Below are positions 1 through 8,801 of a stretch of DNA of 36,367 nt, piece after piece (position 1 is the first letter of the stretch; every line of letters begins with the position of its first letter). The notes beneath the pieces were generated by a model. It ran no database searches. It was not told the DNA's origin and saw nothing but the letters and a program-made list of their open reading frames with translations. Source of the DNA: Thermoflexus hugenholtzii JAD2 (lineage in GTDB: Bacteria > Chloroflexota > Anaerolineae > J036 > Brachytrichaceae); NCBI GenBank assembly GCA_945877855.1, contig CAMDWA010000028.1, positions 1 through 36,367 of the forward strand, in the 5' to 3' direction. The translations under genes were made by a program, and so were the position numbers.

Positions 1-108
1 TCTTTTCATTGCTAACGGGCGTTTGGTTTGTGTCTTTCATACCCCTTACTTTACTTCCGTTAGCTTTCTCCCTTTCTTTTTTTGACCTCTGAAACTGCCA
101 AACTCCAG

Positions 109-156
109 TCACTATCTCCCACAGCTGCGCTGTGGGAGATAGTGAGTGAAATCGGC
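109..156. repeat. REP-like palindromic hairpin element (family 1, partial copy) just 3' of rlmN
   Basis: Inverted repeat cactatctcccacagc/gctgtgggagatagtg with the conserved right terminus GTGAAATCGGC shared with copies at 8735, 10016 and 30581. Confidence 0.6.
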
Positions 157-224
157 AAACCTTTTATCTACTCAGAATCTGCCCAAGAAATCAGGTTTCT
201 TGCAGAAACCCGATTTCTCTAGGT

Positions 225-1370
225 CTAAGCTTTGACCTTGGCTTTCAACTGCCCACAACCGGCGGCGATGTCGATGCCACGCCGCACGCGCACACTGTTG
301 GGCACACCGGCGGCATCGAGCACGGCGCAAAATTTGGCGATGCGGTCACGCTGCGAGGCAAGGCCATCGTAACCATTGGTGGGGTTAAGCGGAATCATAT
401 TGACGTGCAACATATGCCGTCGCTCACGACGCGGGTCGTAGGTTTGACGCACCACATTTACCAAAGCATGGGCTTGGTCAATCGTGTCGTTTACACCTTC
501 AATCAAGGCCCATTCAAAACTAACGCGGCGGTTGGTAATGTGAATATAGTCACGGGTGGCCTCGGTTAGCTCGCTCAAAGGGTAGCGGGCGTTGATGGGA
601 ACCAATTTGTTGCGCAATTCATCGGTGCCAGCATGGAGCGACACGGCCAAATTGACCTGCCCGCCCTCTTCAGCAAATTTGCGGATGCCCTGCACCAGCC
701 CAACGGTTGAAACGGTGACTTTGCGTGCGCCTAGCCCAATGCCGCCTTGATCTTCGGCCTCGGTCAAGCGCCGCACCGCCGTCATGACATGGTTATAGTT
801 GGCAAATGGCTCGCCCATGCCCATTAACACCACATTGGTTAATTGAGAATTTAAAATTGAAAATGAAGAATTAGGGGAATGCTCCATTTTTAATTTTTCA
901 TTCTCAATTCTCAATTGCCGATTGGCCCACAGCACTTGCTCAAAAATTTCGCTGGCGGTCAGGTTGCGCAAGAAGCCCATTTGACCAGTGGCGCAAAAGC
1001 TGCAATTCATGGCACAACCGGCCTGCGACGAAATACAGGCGGTGCGACGTGCGCCCTCATATTCCATCAACACGGTTTCGATCTCGCTGCCATCGGGCAA
1101 GCGAAACAACCATTTGCGCGTCCAGCCATCGCTCGATTCTTGTTGTAGCACTGGCGTTAGCCGCCCCAACACATAGGCAGCGCTCAGTTTGCCGCGCAGG
1201 TCTTTGCTCAGGTCGGTCATTTCGTCAATGCTGCCAACATTGCGTTGATATAGCCAGCGCCAAATTTGTTTGGCGCGAAAAGCCGGCTCACCCCACGCCA
1301 TTAATTGGGCCGCCAATTGCTCGCGGCTAAGGTCGTATAGGCTGGGCAGATGAAAGTGTAAGTCGTTCAT
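225..1370 (-). CDS. rlmN: Radical-SAM 23S rRNA (A2503-C2) / tRNA (A37-C2) methyltransferase RlmN
   Basis: 381-aa ORF with the radical-SAM CxxxCxxC motif (CAMNCSFCATG), the GMGEP motif and a C-terminal catalytic Cys (AAGCGQL); similarity runs along the full length. Contains an in-frame AT-rich palindromic insertion (see findings). Confidence 0.9.
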   Translation of the reverse strand: MNDLHFHLPSLYDLSREQLAAQLMAWGEPAFRAKQIWRWLYQRNVGSIDEMTDLSKDLRGKLSAAYVLGRLTPVLQQESSDGWTRKWLFRLPDGSEIETVLMEYEGARRTACISSQAGCAMNCSFCATGQMGFLRNLTASEIFEQVLWANRQLRIENEKLKMEHSPNSSFSILNSQLTNVVLMGMGEPFANYNHVMTAVRRLTEAEDQGGIGLGARKVTVSTVGLVQGIRKFAEEGGQVNLAVSLHAGTDELRNKLVPINARYPLSELTEATRDYIHITNRRVSFEWALIEGVNDTIDQAHALVNVVRQTYDPRRERRHMLHVNMIPLNPTNGYDGLASQRDRIAKFCAVLDAAGVPNSVRVRRGIDIAAGCGQLKAKVKA

Positions 1371-1390
1371 TTATTCCGACTCACCATACT

Positions 1391-1426
1391 CCACACCCCA
1401 CACCCCATACCCCACACCCCAAACCC
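1391..1426 (-). repeat. Heptanucleotide tandem repeat (CCACACC on + strand, GGGGTGT on the rlmN mRNA strand), a predicted G-quadruplex motif in the rlmN 5' leader
   Basis: Four C4 tracts (1396-99, 1403-06, 1410-13, 1417-20) plus one C3 tract, separated by 3-nt loops, with a 7-nt period. It lies 20-56 nt upstream of the rlmN ATG on the coding strand. Confidence 0.7.
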
Positions 1427-1634
1427 TAAAGTATAAATTCTCATAACCTATCTCTTACACAGCAATCATAACACTAGCATCCAAATAAGTAGGGAAGTGA
1501 TGTGACCCCCTAAAAATGGAATCACTGTTTGCGAAATTTCACAGCCTGTTTGTGCTTAAACTAAATAGGGCTAAGGCGACTCAAACAGACATCGAATATC
1601 CATAATTAGAGCAAGTTTCAATATAGACAAAAGT

Positions 1635-4478
1635 TTACCGCACCTCAATCACCCCCGCCCACCAACCTTGACCCCCCACCAACAAACGCTCGCCCGAATA
1701 AGGCAAATAGAAGCCGACACGCAACTGATACTGACCGAGCGGCACATTGTCCAAGCCAAGCATGCGCTCGTCACGCACCCATTCACCCGCCGCCCAGCGC
1801 GAGGTGGGATAAGCCCCATTGAGCGGCTGCCCATCGTTTTGCGCCACCAAGCGCCCCGTTTTGGGGTCGATGAGATGCACAAACACCACATAATCTTGCT
1901 CGATGGGCTGCAACGAGTGCCAATGGAGTGCAAGTTGCAGGTTGCAAGTTGTGGCTTTCATCTCACACGCTGTCATATCAAACCCCGCCAATTCGATCAC
2001 GCCGCCCATAACCGCACCCACCCGCACCTGCGGCGAGGCCACCGCAAAGTTGCGCGGCGGGGCATTCACCGTAATCGCGCCCAAGTCGGCCAACAGCTTG
2101 CCATCGGCCAACACCTGCAATTGATAATCGCCAGCAGCCAAATTGCGCGGTAAGCGTAATTGATAACGGTCGAGCAACGCCAAGTTGGGCGGCCATTCGG
2201 CAAAGGGCAAACGGGCGCGGGCGGGTGCGCCATCAAACAAAGTAACAAGGCTTGGCCCAAGCAACTGCACCTTGAATGTGGCATTTGGCATGGGTTGGGC
2301 TGCCCCTTGCCAACACAGGTCTAGATTCAGCAACGCCCCCGTGTTTAAAGTGCGCTCGCGCAATTGCCACGCGCTTAAGGTTGCACCATTGGGCAAATGG
2401 GTTTGGGTGCTGGTGTAGGGGGCAGCGCTGCAAATGGGCACGGCGGCTGTCACAGGGGGGCGGGGCAATGGGGCGCTCAGTTTGCCAAACGGCAACACCA
2501 GCTCTAGCCCAGCAAATTGCTCATTGGGGCCAACCCGCGGCGGCACATCTTTGGTGTTTGGGTTAAAAAAGCTGATGCCGATTTGATAATCGCCAACCGG
2601 TGGGGTTCCGGTCGGCGGCGGCAATTCGATCTGGTCAAACACAATCTCACCCACCGTCCAATCGGCGGTGGGGTAATGAAATGGGTTGGCACGCACCCAT
2701 TCGCCCGACTCGGCATGAAACAGCCGCGCTACCAACTGCAACGGCTGCCCAATCTGGGCCATCGGCTCCCAGATCACGGTTGCCACACACGGCCCTTGCA
2801 CATGACATTCGCCAAATTTTTGAGCATCGCGCACTTTGACGATGTGGGCAAAATCGGCGGCGGGCGCGGGCAATTGGGCGCGAATGGCCGCGATATCGGC
2901 CTCGCGTAGCCGCATCACACGGGCGGCAACTACGCCATCGGGCGCGGTCAAGAGCGTATCGGTTTGCCAACGGCTGGTGATGAGCGTTGAATAGGGGGCG
3001 GGCGGGTCAACGAAGGTGGGCAAATAATAGAGCGCGTCGCCCTTGGGCGGCAGCACCAGCGTCGCCCCGCCGGTCAGCCATTTCACCTGCCCAAAACGCT
3101 GGGTCAGCGCCGCCACGGTCGGCGATTGATAATGGATGGAGGCGACATACAGCGTGGTGTTTTGCACATCGGCAACACTGCGGCGCTGCAAATCTTGCCC
3201 AATCACAGTCATATTGCCATCGGTGGCAACGAATAAATCGGGCGAGTGATTCCAGCGTGAGTAGCGGTTCCATGCTAGCAAACCAAGCATCGCCGCTGCG
3301 CACATCAACCCAATTTGCAGCCAGCGCCGCGAAATAGTGTGGGGGGGTAACAAACTGTGCAACCCATTAAACAGCGTCACACCGCCATAACCAATCACCG
3401 GTGCGAGAAAGGTCCAAACACCGATCATGCGAATATTGCTAGGGATGATGTCTTTGACCGCCAAGGCGCTGGGCACAAGCATGATTACTAGCCCGGACAA
3501 CAATAACGCCCGCGTGGCATAAACCTCCGAGGTCTTAAAGACCTCGGAGGTTTTTTGTGGGATGAGTAGCGTGATTACCCCAATTAACCCAAACAATGAG
3601 AAAACTTCGCCACTCAGCGGCAGGCCCGGCAGGTTATAGCGCACATTAGGGTCGCCGAAGTTGGGCAAAAACAAGCCGAGCCAACATTGCCACCATGCCC
3701 ACGCCACCTCGCGCCAGCCCGCACTACCACTCACTTGGTCGAGCCGCGCCGAAAAAATATCGGGGTTTTGAATAAAAAACCAGCCCAATGGCGCAAACAC
3801 TATTGCCGCCACAAGCCCCATCAACCCCACCCGTGCCAAACGCTGACCACACCCACGCCGGGCAGACACAGCCAACCACACCAATAACGCCAAGGCGACC
3901 GGAATAGGAAACAAACGCGCCGCCAAATAAGTATAGGCGACCAAACCGAGAAAAACACCCGCCGCCGCAAACCAACGCCAGCGTCCCGTATTCATGCCGC
4001 GCCATAGCGCCATAAGCACCAACGCCTGCACCACCGGTTGTGAGCCAGCGCGATAGCCATAACGCGCAAAAATGAGCGGCGCAATGCTGACAGCCAGCCA
4101 AAACGCGGCGATCAGGGCGATGGCATTGCGCTGAGGGTGCGCGGCAAACAACGAGCGCGTCATTGAAAAAGTGGCGGCGATGCCGATGAGGCTGAGCATG
4201 GCCGAAGCAAGGCGCGTACCCCAAGTGGCGTTATCGGCCATCATCAACCAAGGCGCGGCCCAATATAAAAAGCCCACCTCACGCCCGACAAAGGCCCGCA
4301 CAAAAATAGGCCGGTCTCCGTTATAGGCAATATCGCGGATGTTTAACACGTAGGCGGCTTCGTCGTAATGCAGCCCATGGGCAAGGGTAGTGATATCGGT
4401 CAGGCGCAATAACGCCGCCACCAGTAAAATCAAGGTGGCAAGCCATAAGGTGGTGCGGGCATCAGGTCGGCGCAACAT
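1635..4478 (-). CDS. GT-C superfamily membrane glycosyltransferase (ArnT/PMT_2-like, GT39/GT83-like) with a large C-terminal extracytoplasmic domain
   Basis: 947 aa with about 12-13 predicted TM helices in the N-terminal 450 aa, an HYDEAAY (DE) motif in the first loop, and a long non-membrane C-terminal domain. Contains a 33-bp in-frame palindrome at 3521-3553. Confidence 0.6.
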   Translation of the reverse strand: MLRRPDARTTLWLATLILLVAALLRLTDITTLAHGLHYDEAAYVLNIRDIAYNGDRPIFVRAFVGREVGFLYWAAPWLMMADNATWGTRLASAMLSLIGIAATFSMTRSLFAAHPQRNAIALIAAFWLAVSIAPLIFARYGYRAGSQPVVQALVLMALWRGMNTGRWRWFAAAGVFLGLVAYTYLAARLFPIPVALALLVWLAVSARRGCGQRLARVGLMGLVAAIVFAPLGWFFIQNPDIFSARLDQVSGSAGWREVAWAWWQCWLGLFLPNFGDPNVRYNLPGLPLSGEVFSLFGLIGVITLLIPQKTSEVFKTSEVYATRALLLSGLVIMLVPSALAVKDIIPSNIRMIGVWTFLAPVIGYGGVTLFNGLHSLLPPHTISRRWLQIGLMCAAAMLGLLAWNRYSRWNHSPDLFVATDGNMTVIGQDLQRRSVADVQNTTLYVASIHYQSPTVAALTQRFGQVKWLTGGATLVLPPKGDALYYLPTFVDPPAPYSTLITSRWQTDTLLTAPDGVVAARVMRLREADIAAIRAQLPAPAADFAHIVKVRDAQKFGECHVQGPCVATVIWEPMAQIGQPLQLVARLFHAESGEWVRANPFHYPTADWTVGEIVFDQIELPPPTGTPPVGDYQIGISFFNPNTKDVPPRVGPNEQFAGLELVLPFGKLSAPLPRPPVTAAVPICSAAPYTSTQTHLPNGATLSAWQLRERTLNTGALLNLDLCWQGAAQPMPNATFKVQLLGPSLVTLFDGAPARARLPFAEWPPNLALLDRYQLRLPRNLAAGDYQLQVLADGKLLADLGAITVNAPPRNFAVASPQVRVGAVMGGVIELAGFDMTACEMKATTCNLQLALHWHSLQPIEQDYVVFVHLIDPKTGRLVAQNDGQPLNGAYPTSRWAAGEWVRDERMLGLDNVPLGQYQLRVGFYLPYSGERLLVGGQGWWAGVIEVR

Positions 4479-4502
4479 AGCGGGCGATATTACCAGAAAG
4501 TG

Positions 4503-4625
4503 GGGAGCCGTGAGCCATGAGCTTTGAGCTTTGAGCCTTGAGCCTTGAGCTATGAGTCACAAGTCACGGCTCATGGCTCATGGCTCATAGCTCATGGCTC
4601 CAAAGCTCATGCCTCACGGCTCAAA
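4503..4625. repeat. Quasi-palindromic heptamer array (TGAGCNN x7, then its complement NNGCTCA x8) in the divergent promoter region
   Basis: Left arm tgagcca/tgagctt/tgagctt/tgagcct/tgagcct/tgagcta; the right arm is the complementary set cggctca/tggctca/tggctca/tagctca and so on. It sits between the GT gene start (4478, minus) and the CMD start (4642, plus). Confidence 0.75.
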
Positions 4626-4641
4626 GCTATACAATACAGAC

Positions 4642-5031
4642 ATGAGCAAATTAATTGAATATGACGAGGCTAGCCCCGAAGTGCGGTCTGTGTATGATGA
4701 CATTCGCGCCACACGCAAAAGTGATTTTATCAACAACTTTTGGAAAGCCATTGCCGTAAACCCACAAAATTTGCGGCGGGCATGGCAACACACCAAAGAG
4801 ATTATGACCGGCCCGGGCAGCATTGACCCGCTGGTGCGTGAAATGATTTATATTGCCGTCAGTGTCACCAACGGCTGCGAGTATTGCATCGCCAGTCACA
4901 CGGTTGCCGCTCGCAACAAAGGCCTGACCCCTGAAATGTTTGGCGATATGATGGCCATTATTGGCCTCGCCAATGAAAATAATCGCTTGGTGAAGGGATA
5001 CCAGGTGGAGATCGACGCGGCGTTTAAATAA
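4642..5031 (+). CDS. Carboxymuconolactone decarboxylase (AhpD-like) family protein
   Basis: CxxCxxxH motif (CEYCIASH) and a size typical of the CMD family. Start chosen at MSKLIEY (ATG 4642) because the upstream ATG at 4594 lies inside the heptamer hairpin. The stop overlaps the amidase start (TAATG). Confidence 0.6.
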   Translation: MSKLIEYDEASPEVRSVYDDIRATRKSDFINNFWKAIAVNPQNLRRAWQHTKEIMTGPGSIDPLVREMIYIAVSVTNGCEYCIASHTVAARNKGLTPEMFGDMMAIIGLANENNRLVKGYQVEIDAAFK

Positions 5032-6416
5032 TGATGACCAACTTGACCTTTACCCCCCTCAGCAAACTGCGCCGCATGTTACGAGATAAAAAAATCTCGT
5101 CGGTTGAGTTGACCCAGCATTTTTTAGACCGTTTGGCCCAACACGGCCCCAAATATAACGCGCTGGCCGAGCTGACACCCGATTTGGCATTGGCGCAAGC
5201 CAAACAGGCCGATCAATTGCTCAAAAAAGGCGAACACAACTCACCCTTGCTCGGCATTCCCTATGGGGCCAAAGATTTGCTGGCAACCAAAGGCATCCCC
5301 ACCCGTTGGGGATCACCCGCCCACCAAGACCAAGTGCCAGAGGTCGATGCCACAACGGTGCTGCGCCTGCGCGAGGCAGGTGCACCATTATTGGGCAAAT
5401 TGGCAATGGTCGAAATTGCGGGCGGCGGCGGGTATTCATTACCCAGCGCCTCGTTGCATGGGCCGGGGCTTAATCCTTGGAATGTTAATACGTGGTCAGG
5501 TGGCTCATCATCGGGGTCGGGCAGCGCGGTGGCGGCGGGGTTGGTGCCGTTTGCGCTTGGCTCTGAAACATGGGGCAGCATCGTCACACCGTCAACCTAT
5601 TGCGGCATTACTGGCTTGCGCCCAACCTATGGCTTGGTCAGCCGCTTTGGGGCAATGGAATTGGCGTGGACGATGGACAAAGTGGGGCCGATGGCGCACA
5701 GCGCCGAAGATTGTGGCCTCATTCTGCAAGCCATTGCTGGCCCTGATAGGCTCGACCTGACCGCAACCGGCAAATTTAAATTTCGCCCACGCAAAAAACA
5801 ACATCATAAGTTGCGGTTAGGCGTGTTGCCTGCCGATTTTAGTGGCGAGCCTGAGCTTGAGCAGGTTTTTCAGGCCGCGCTTGAGGTGTTGCATAAGGCC
5901 GGTATGAAGATCAAACCAGTGGAGTTGCCCAAGCACGACTATGCTGGCATCGCCAATACGCTGCTGTATGCCGAAATGGCGGGGGCGCATGAGGCGTTTA
6001 TCAAAAGCGACAAACTTGATTTGCTGGTGAATGGCCCGCAAAAAGAGGGCTTGCGCAACGCCTTAACCTACACTGCCGCCCAAACCATTCAAGCCCAACA
6101 ACAAAAATTACAGGCCACCCACGACCTGTTGCAGCTTTTTGACGAATTTGATGCGCTGGTGTCGCCGTCACTCATGATTGAGGCCCCATCGCTTGACACC
6201 GACTTGCGCACGGCGTTTAAACGGCGCGGGGGCTATAGCGTGTTGGGGGCCTTGTGTGGCGTGCCGGCCTTGGCTTTGCCGATGGGCTTTGGCAAATCGG
6301 GTTTGCCGCTTGGCCTTAATATTACCGGCAATTTGTTTGACGAAAACACCATTTTGCACATCGGCATGGTTTATCAGCGCGAAACCGATTGGCATGAACG
6401 GCGACCACCAATTTAA
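5031..6416 (+). CDS. Amidase-signature family amidase (GatA-like)
   Basis: Amidase signature GGSSSGSGSAVAAG...GSETWGSI with the catalytic Lys in YGAKDLL. 461 aa, translationally coupled to the upstream CMD gene. Confidence 0.8.
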   Translation: MMTNLTFTPLSKLRRMLRDKKISSVELTQHFLDRLAQHGPKYNALAELTPDLALAQAKQADQLLKKGEHNSPLLGIPYGAKDLLATKGIPTRWGSPAHQDQVPEVDATTVLRLREAGAPLLGKLAMVEIAGGGGYSLPSASLHGPGLNPWNVNTWSGGSSSGSGSAVAAGLVPFALGSETWGSIVTPSTYCGITGLRPTYGLVSRFGAMELAWTMDKVGPMAHSAEDCGLILQAIAGPDRLDLTATGKFKFRPRKKQHHKLRLGVLPADFSGEPELEQVFQAALEVLHKAGMKIKPVELPKHDYAGIANTLLYAEMAGAHEAFIKSDKLDLLVNGPQKEGLRNALTYTAAQTIQAQQQKLQATHDLLQLFDEFDALVSPSLMIEAPSLDTDLRTAFKRRGGYSVLGALCGVPALALPMGFGKSGLPLGLNITGNLFDENTILHIGMVYQRETDWHERRPPI

Positions 6417-6683
6417 ATTTAAAAGATGTCATGTCGGCTCCGCGACTGAAGTCGCCCCTAAAGGCTTCGCCGATTGCCCGCCTACGCGGGCAGAAATTGC
6501 GTCCCCGAAGGGGGACGCTCGGCAAAGCCTTTAAGGACGACTTCGAGTTGTCCAAAATATTCAATTCCACGATCATCTTGACCCTTACAAATTTCGATAA
6601 AAACGTTCACACTTCGTTTTAAAATAAAATATATCACAGATAATGTAATATCATTCTAATACTTCGAGCGCATACTTAGCCCT

Positions 6684-6707
6684 TGTGTCATTTGTTCAGA
6701 TGACACA
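6684..6707 (+). promoter_or_regulatory. 8-bp inverted repeat TGTGTCAT-N8-ATGACACA abutting the SD of the flotillin-like gene
   Basis: Read directly from the sequence. The right arm ends 1 nt before the GGAG at 6708-6711. Candidate operator or RBS-sequestering hairpin. Confidence 0.35.
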
Positions 6708-6718
6708 GGAGTATTAAG

Positions 6719-8704
6719 ATGCAAATTTCACTTGTTCCTTTATTATTGCTTGTGCTGCTATTTTTGATGATCCTCTTGATCATCGTGTTGTTAGCGGGCA
6801 TACGCATCATTCCCAACAATCGGGTTGGGATTGTCGAAAAAAAGTTTAGCGGTAAAGGCTCGGTTAAATCTGGGTTTATTGCCCTCAACGGCGAAGCTGG
6901 TTTTCAGCCACAGGTATTGCGCGGTGGCATTCATTATCTGATGCCATTTCAATACTCGGTGCATGTCGTGCCATTGGTCACGATTCCCCAAGGCAAAATC
7001 GGCTATATATTTGCGCGTGACGGGTTAATGTTAAACGCCACCCAAAGTTTGGCCTCCAACTTAACCGCCAGCGATTTTCAAGATGTGGTGGGCTTTTTGA
7101 AGAATGACGGCCAACGTGGCCCACAACGCCAAATTCTGCGCGAAGGCACTTATGCCATCAACTTAGTGCAATTTATTGTCATTACCGAAGAGCGTGTGTT
7201 TTATCTGCCCATTAACCGTGATGAAACGCAGATGATTCAAAATATGGCGACGGTCATCGGTGAACGCAAAGGCTTTACCCCGCTGGTGATCAAAGATTCT
7301 GACGACCTCATTGGTATTATTACAGTGCATGATGGCCCATCGTTGCCCCAAGGCGAGATTATTGCGCCGGTGCGTGGCGACGATGCCAATAACCGCGAAA
7401 CGTATCACAACAATTTTCAAGATGCCGACCGCTTTTTGCTGGCGGGTGGGATGCGCGGCAGACAATTACAGGTGATGGTTGAAGGCACTTATTACATCAA
7501 CCGCCTATTTGCGACGGTTGAAATGGTGAAAAAGACCATTATTGATGTGGGTAATGTCGGCGTGATCATCTTTTACACCGGTAATGTTGGCGAAGACATT
7601 TCGGGGGCCGACTATAAACATGGTGAATTGGTGCGCAAAGGCTATCGCGGGGTATGGGAAGAGCCGATGCTACCCGGCAAATATGCGCTAAATACCTATG
7701 CGGCACGGGTGGTGATTGTGCCAACCACTAACTTTATTCTCAAGTGGAACCGCAGCGAAGTGGGCGCCCATCGTTTTGACGAAAACTTGTCAGAGGTGTC
7801 GCTCATTACCAAAGACGCTTTCGAGCCGCTTTTGCCGTTGTCAGTGGTGGTGCATATCGATTATCGCAAAGCCCCGTTGGTCATTCAACGCTTTGGCGAT
7901 GTAAAACGCTTGGTTGAACAAACGCTTGACCCAATGGTAGCGGCCTATTTTAAGAATGTGGGCCAAACCCGCACCCTGATTCAGCTCATTCAGGAGCGCA
8001 GCGATATTCAAAAGATATCGAGCACCGAGATGAAAGAGAAGTTTACCCACTATAACCTTGAGCTAGAAGAGGTGCTCATTGGCACACCGACAGCAGCCAA
8101 GGGCGACCTCCAAATCGAAACCATTTTGACGCAATTGCGCCAGCGCCAAATTGCGCAAGAAAAGATCGAGACGTATCAACGTCAAGAACAGGCGGCGGTG
8201 CAAGAACGAGTGTTACGCGAAGCCGAATCGCGGGCCGAGCAACAAACCCGCATCACCGAGTCGGAATTGAACATTATGGTGCAAGGCAACCAAGGCAAGG
8301 CCGATTATCAACGCGCCGTGCAACAATCGGCCCAAATTCGTATTTTGGCCGAGGCCGAAGCCGAAAAAGCCGCCAGAATTGGGATTGGGCAAGCCTTGGC
8401 GATTGATGAACAAGTGCGGGCCTATGGTGGGCCACAATATCAAGTGACACAACAAGTGATGAATCGCTTTGCCGAAGCGATTGAGGCGGCTGGGGTCGAT
8501 GTTGTGCCACGCATCTCGATCAGCGGTGGCGCTGGTGGGGGGGCTGGCAGCAATAATTTGATGGAAGGGTTGATGGCGATGTTGTTGTCGGAGCGCATGG
8601 GGGTGACGTTAAATACGCCCAATACCCCGCGCAGTCCCGAAGCCGAAGCCATGCGCAAACAGATTATGGAAAGTTTGGCGAAAAAGTCTGAGGCATCTTC
8701 TTAA
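6719..8704 (+). CDS. SPFH/band-7 flotillin-like protein (YqiK/FloT-like)
   Basis: N-terminal TM helix, a PHB/SPFH core, and a long E/A/Q-rich coiled coil (EAEAEKAARIG...) typical of flotillins. Confidence 0.6.
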   Translation: MQISLVPLLLLVLLFLMILLIIVLLAGIRIIPNNRVGIVEKKFSGKGSVKSGFIALNGEAGFQPQVLRGGIHYLMPFQYSVHVVPLVTIPQGKIGYIFARDGLMLNATQSLASNLTASDFQDVVGFLKNDGQRGPQRQILREGTYAINLVQFIVITEERVFYLPINRDETQMIQNMATVIGERKGFTPLVIKDSDDLIGIITVHDGPSLPQGEIIAPVRGDDANNRETYHNNFQDADRFLLAGGMRGRQLQVMVEGTYYINRLFATVEMVKKTIIDVGNVGVIIFYTGNVGEDISGADYKHGELVRKGYRGVWEEPMLPGKYALNTYAARVVIVPTTNFILKWNRSEVGAHRFDENLSEVSLITKDAFEPLLPLSVVVHIDYRKAPLVIQRFGDVKRLVEQTLDPMVAAYFKNVGQTRTLIQLIQERSDIQKISSTEMKEKFTHYNLELEEVLIGTPTAAKGDLQIETILTQLRQRQIAQEKIETYQRQEQAAVQERVLREAESRAEQQTRITESELNIMVQGNQGKADYQRAVQQSAQIRILAEAEAEKAARIGIGQALAIDEQVRAYGGPQYQVTQQVMNRFAEAIEAAGVDVVPRISISGGAGGGAGSNNLMEGLMAMLLSERMGVTLNTPNTPRSPEAEAMRKQIMESLAKKSEASS

Positions 8705-8734
8705 TATACCAAGAAAAGATAAAAATTAAGAAAA

Positions 8735-8782
8735 CGCCGATTTCACACTCCCTCCGCAATCGGAGAGAGTGTGAAATCGGCG
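8735..8782. repeat. REP-like palindromic hairpin element (family 1) 3' of the flotillin gene
   Basis: cgccgatttcacactccctccg-caat-cggagagagtgtgaaatcggcg. Conserved termini GCCGATTTCAC/GTGAAATCGGC with a variable but self-complementary CTCCC/GGGAG core. Confidence 0.75.
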
Positions 8783-8801
8783 AAATTTGTTTTCATGGCG
8801 G

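Noticed and set aside
1649-4224. Numerous 60-170-aa ORFs antisense or out of frame within the glycosyltransferase gene (for example 1668..2153, 3724..4224)
   Set aside because: These are typical GC-rich antisense open frames. The 947-aa sense ORF explains the region.
4594-4641. Upstream start (4594) for the CMD-family gene
   Set aside because: It falls inside the heptamer quasi-palindrome. The homology-like region begins at MSKLIEY (4642) and the family size fits the shorter form.
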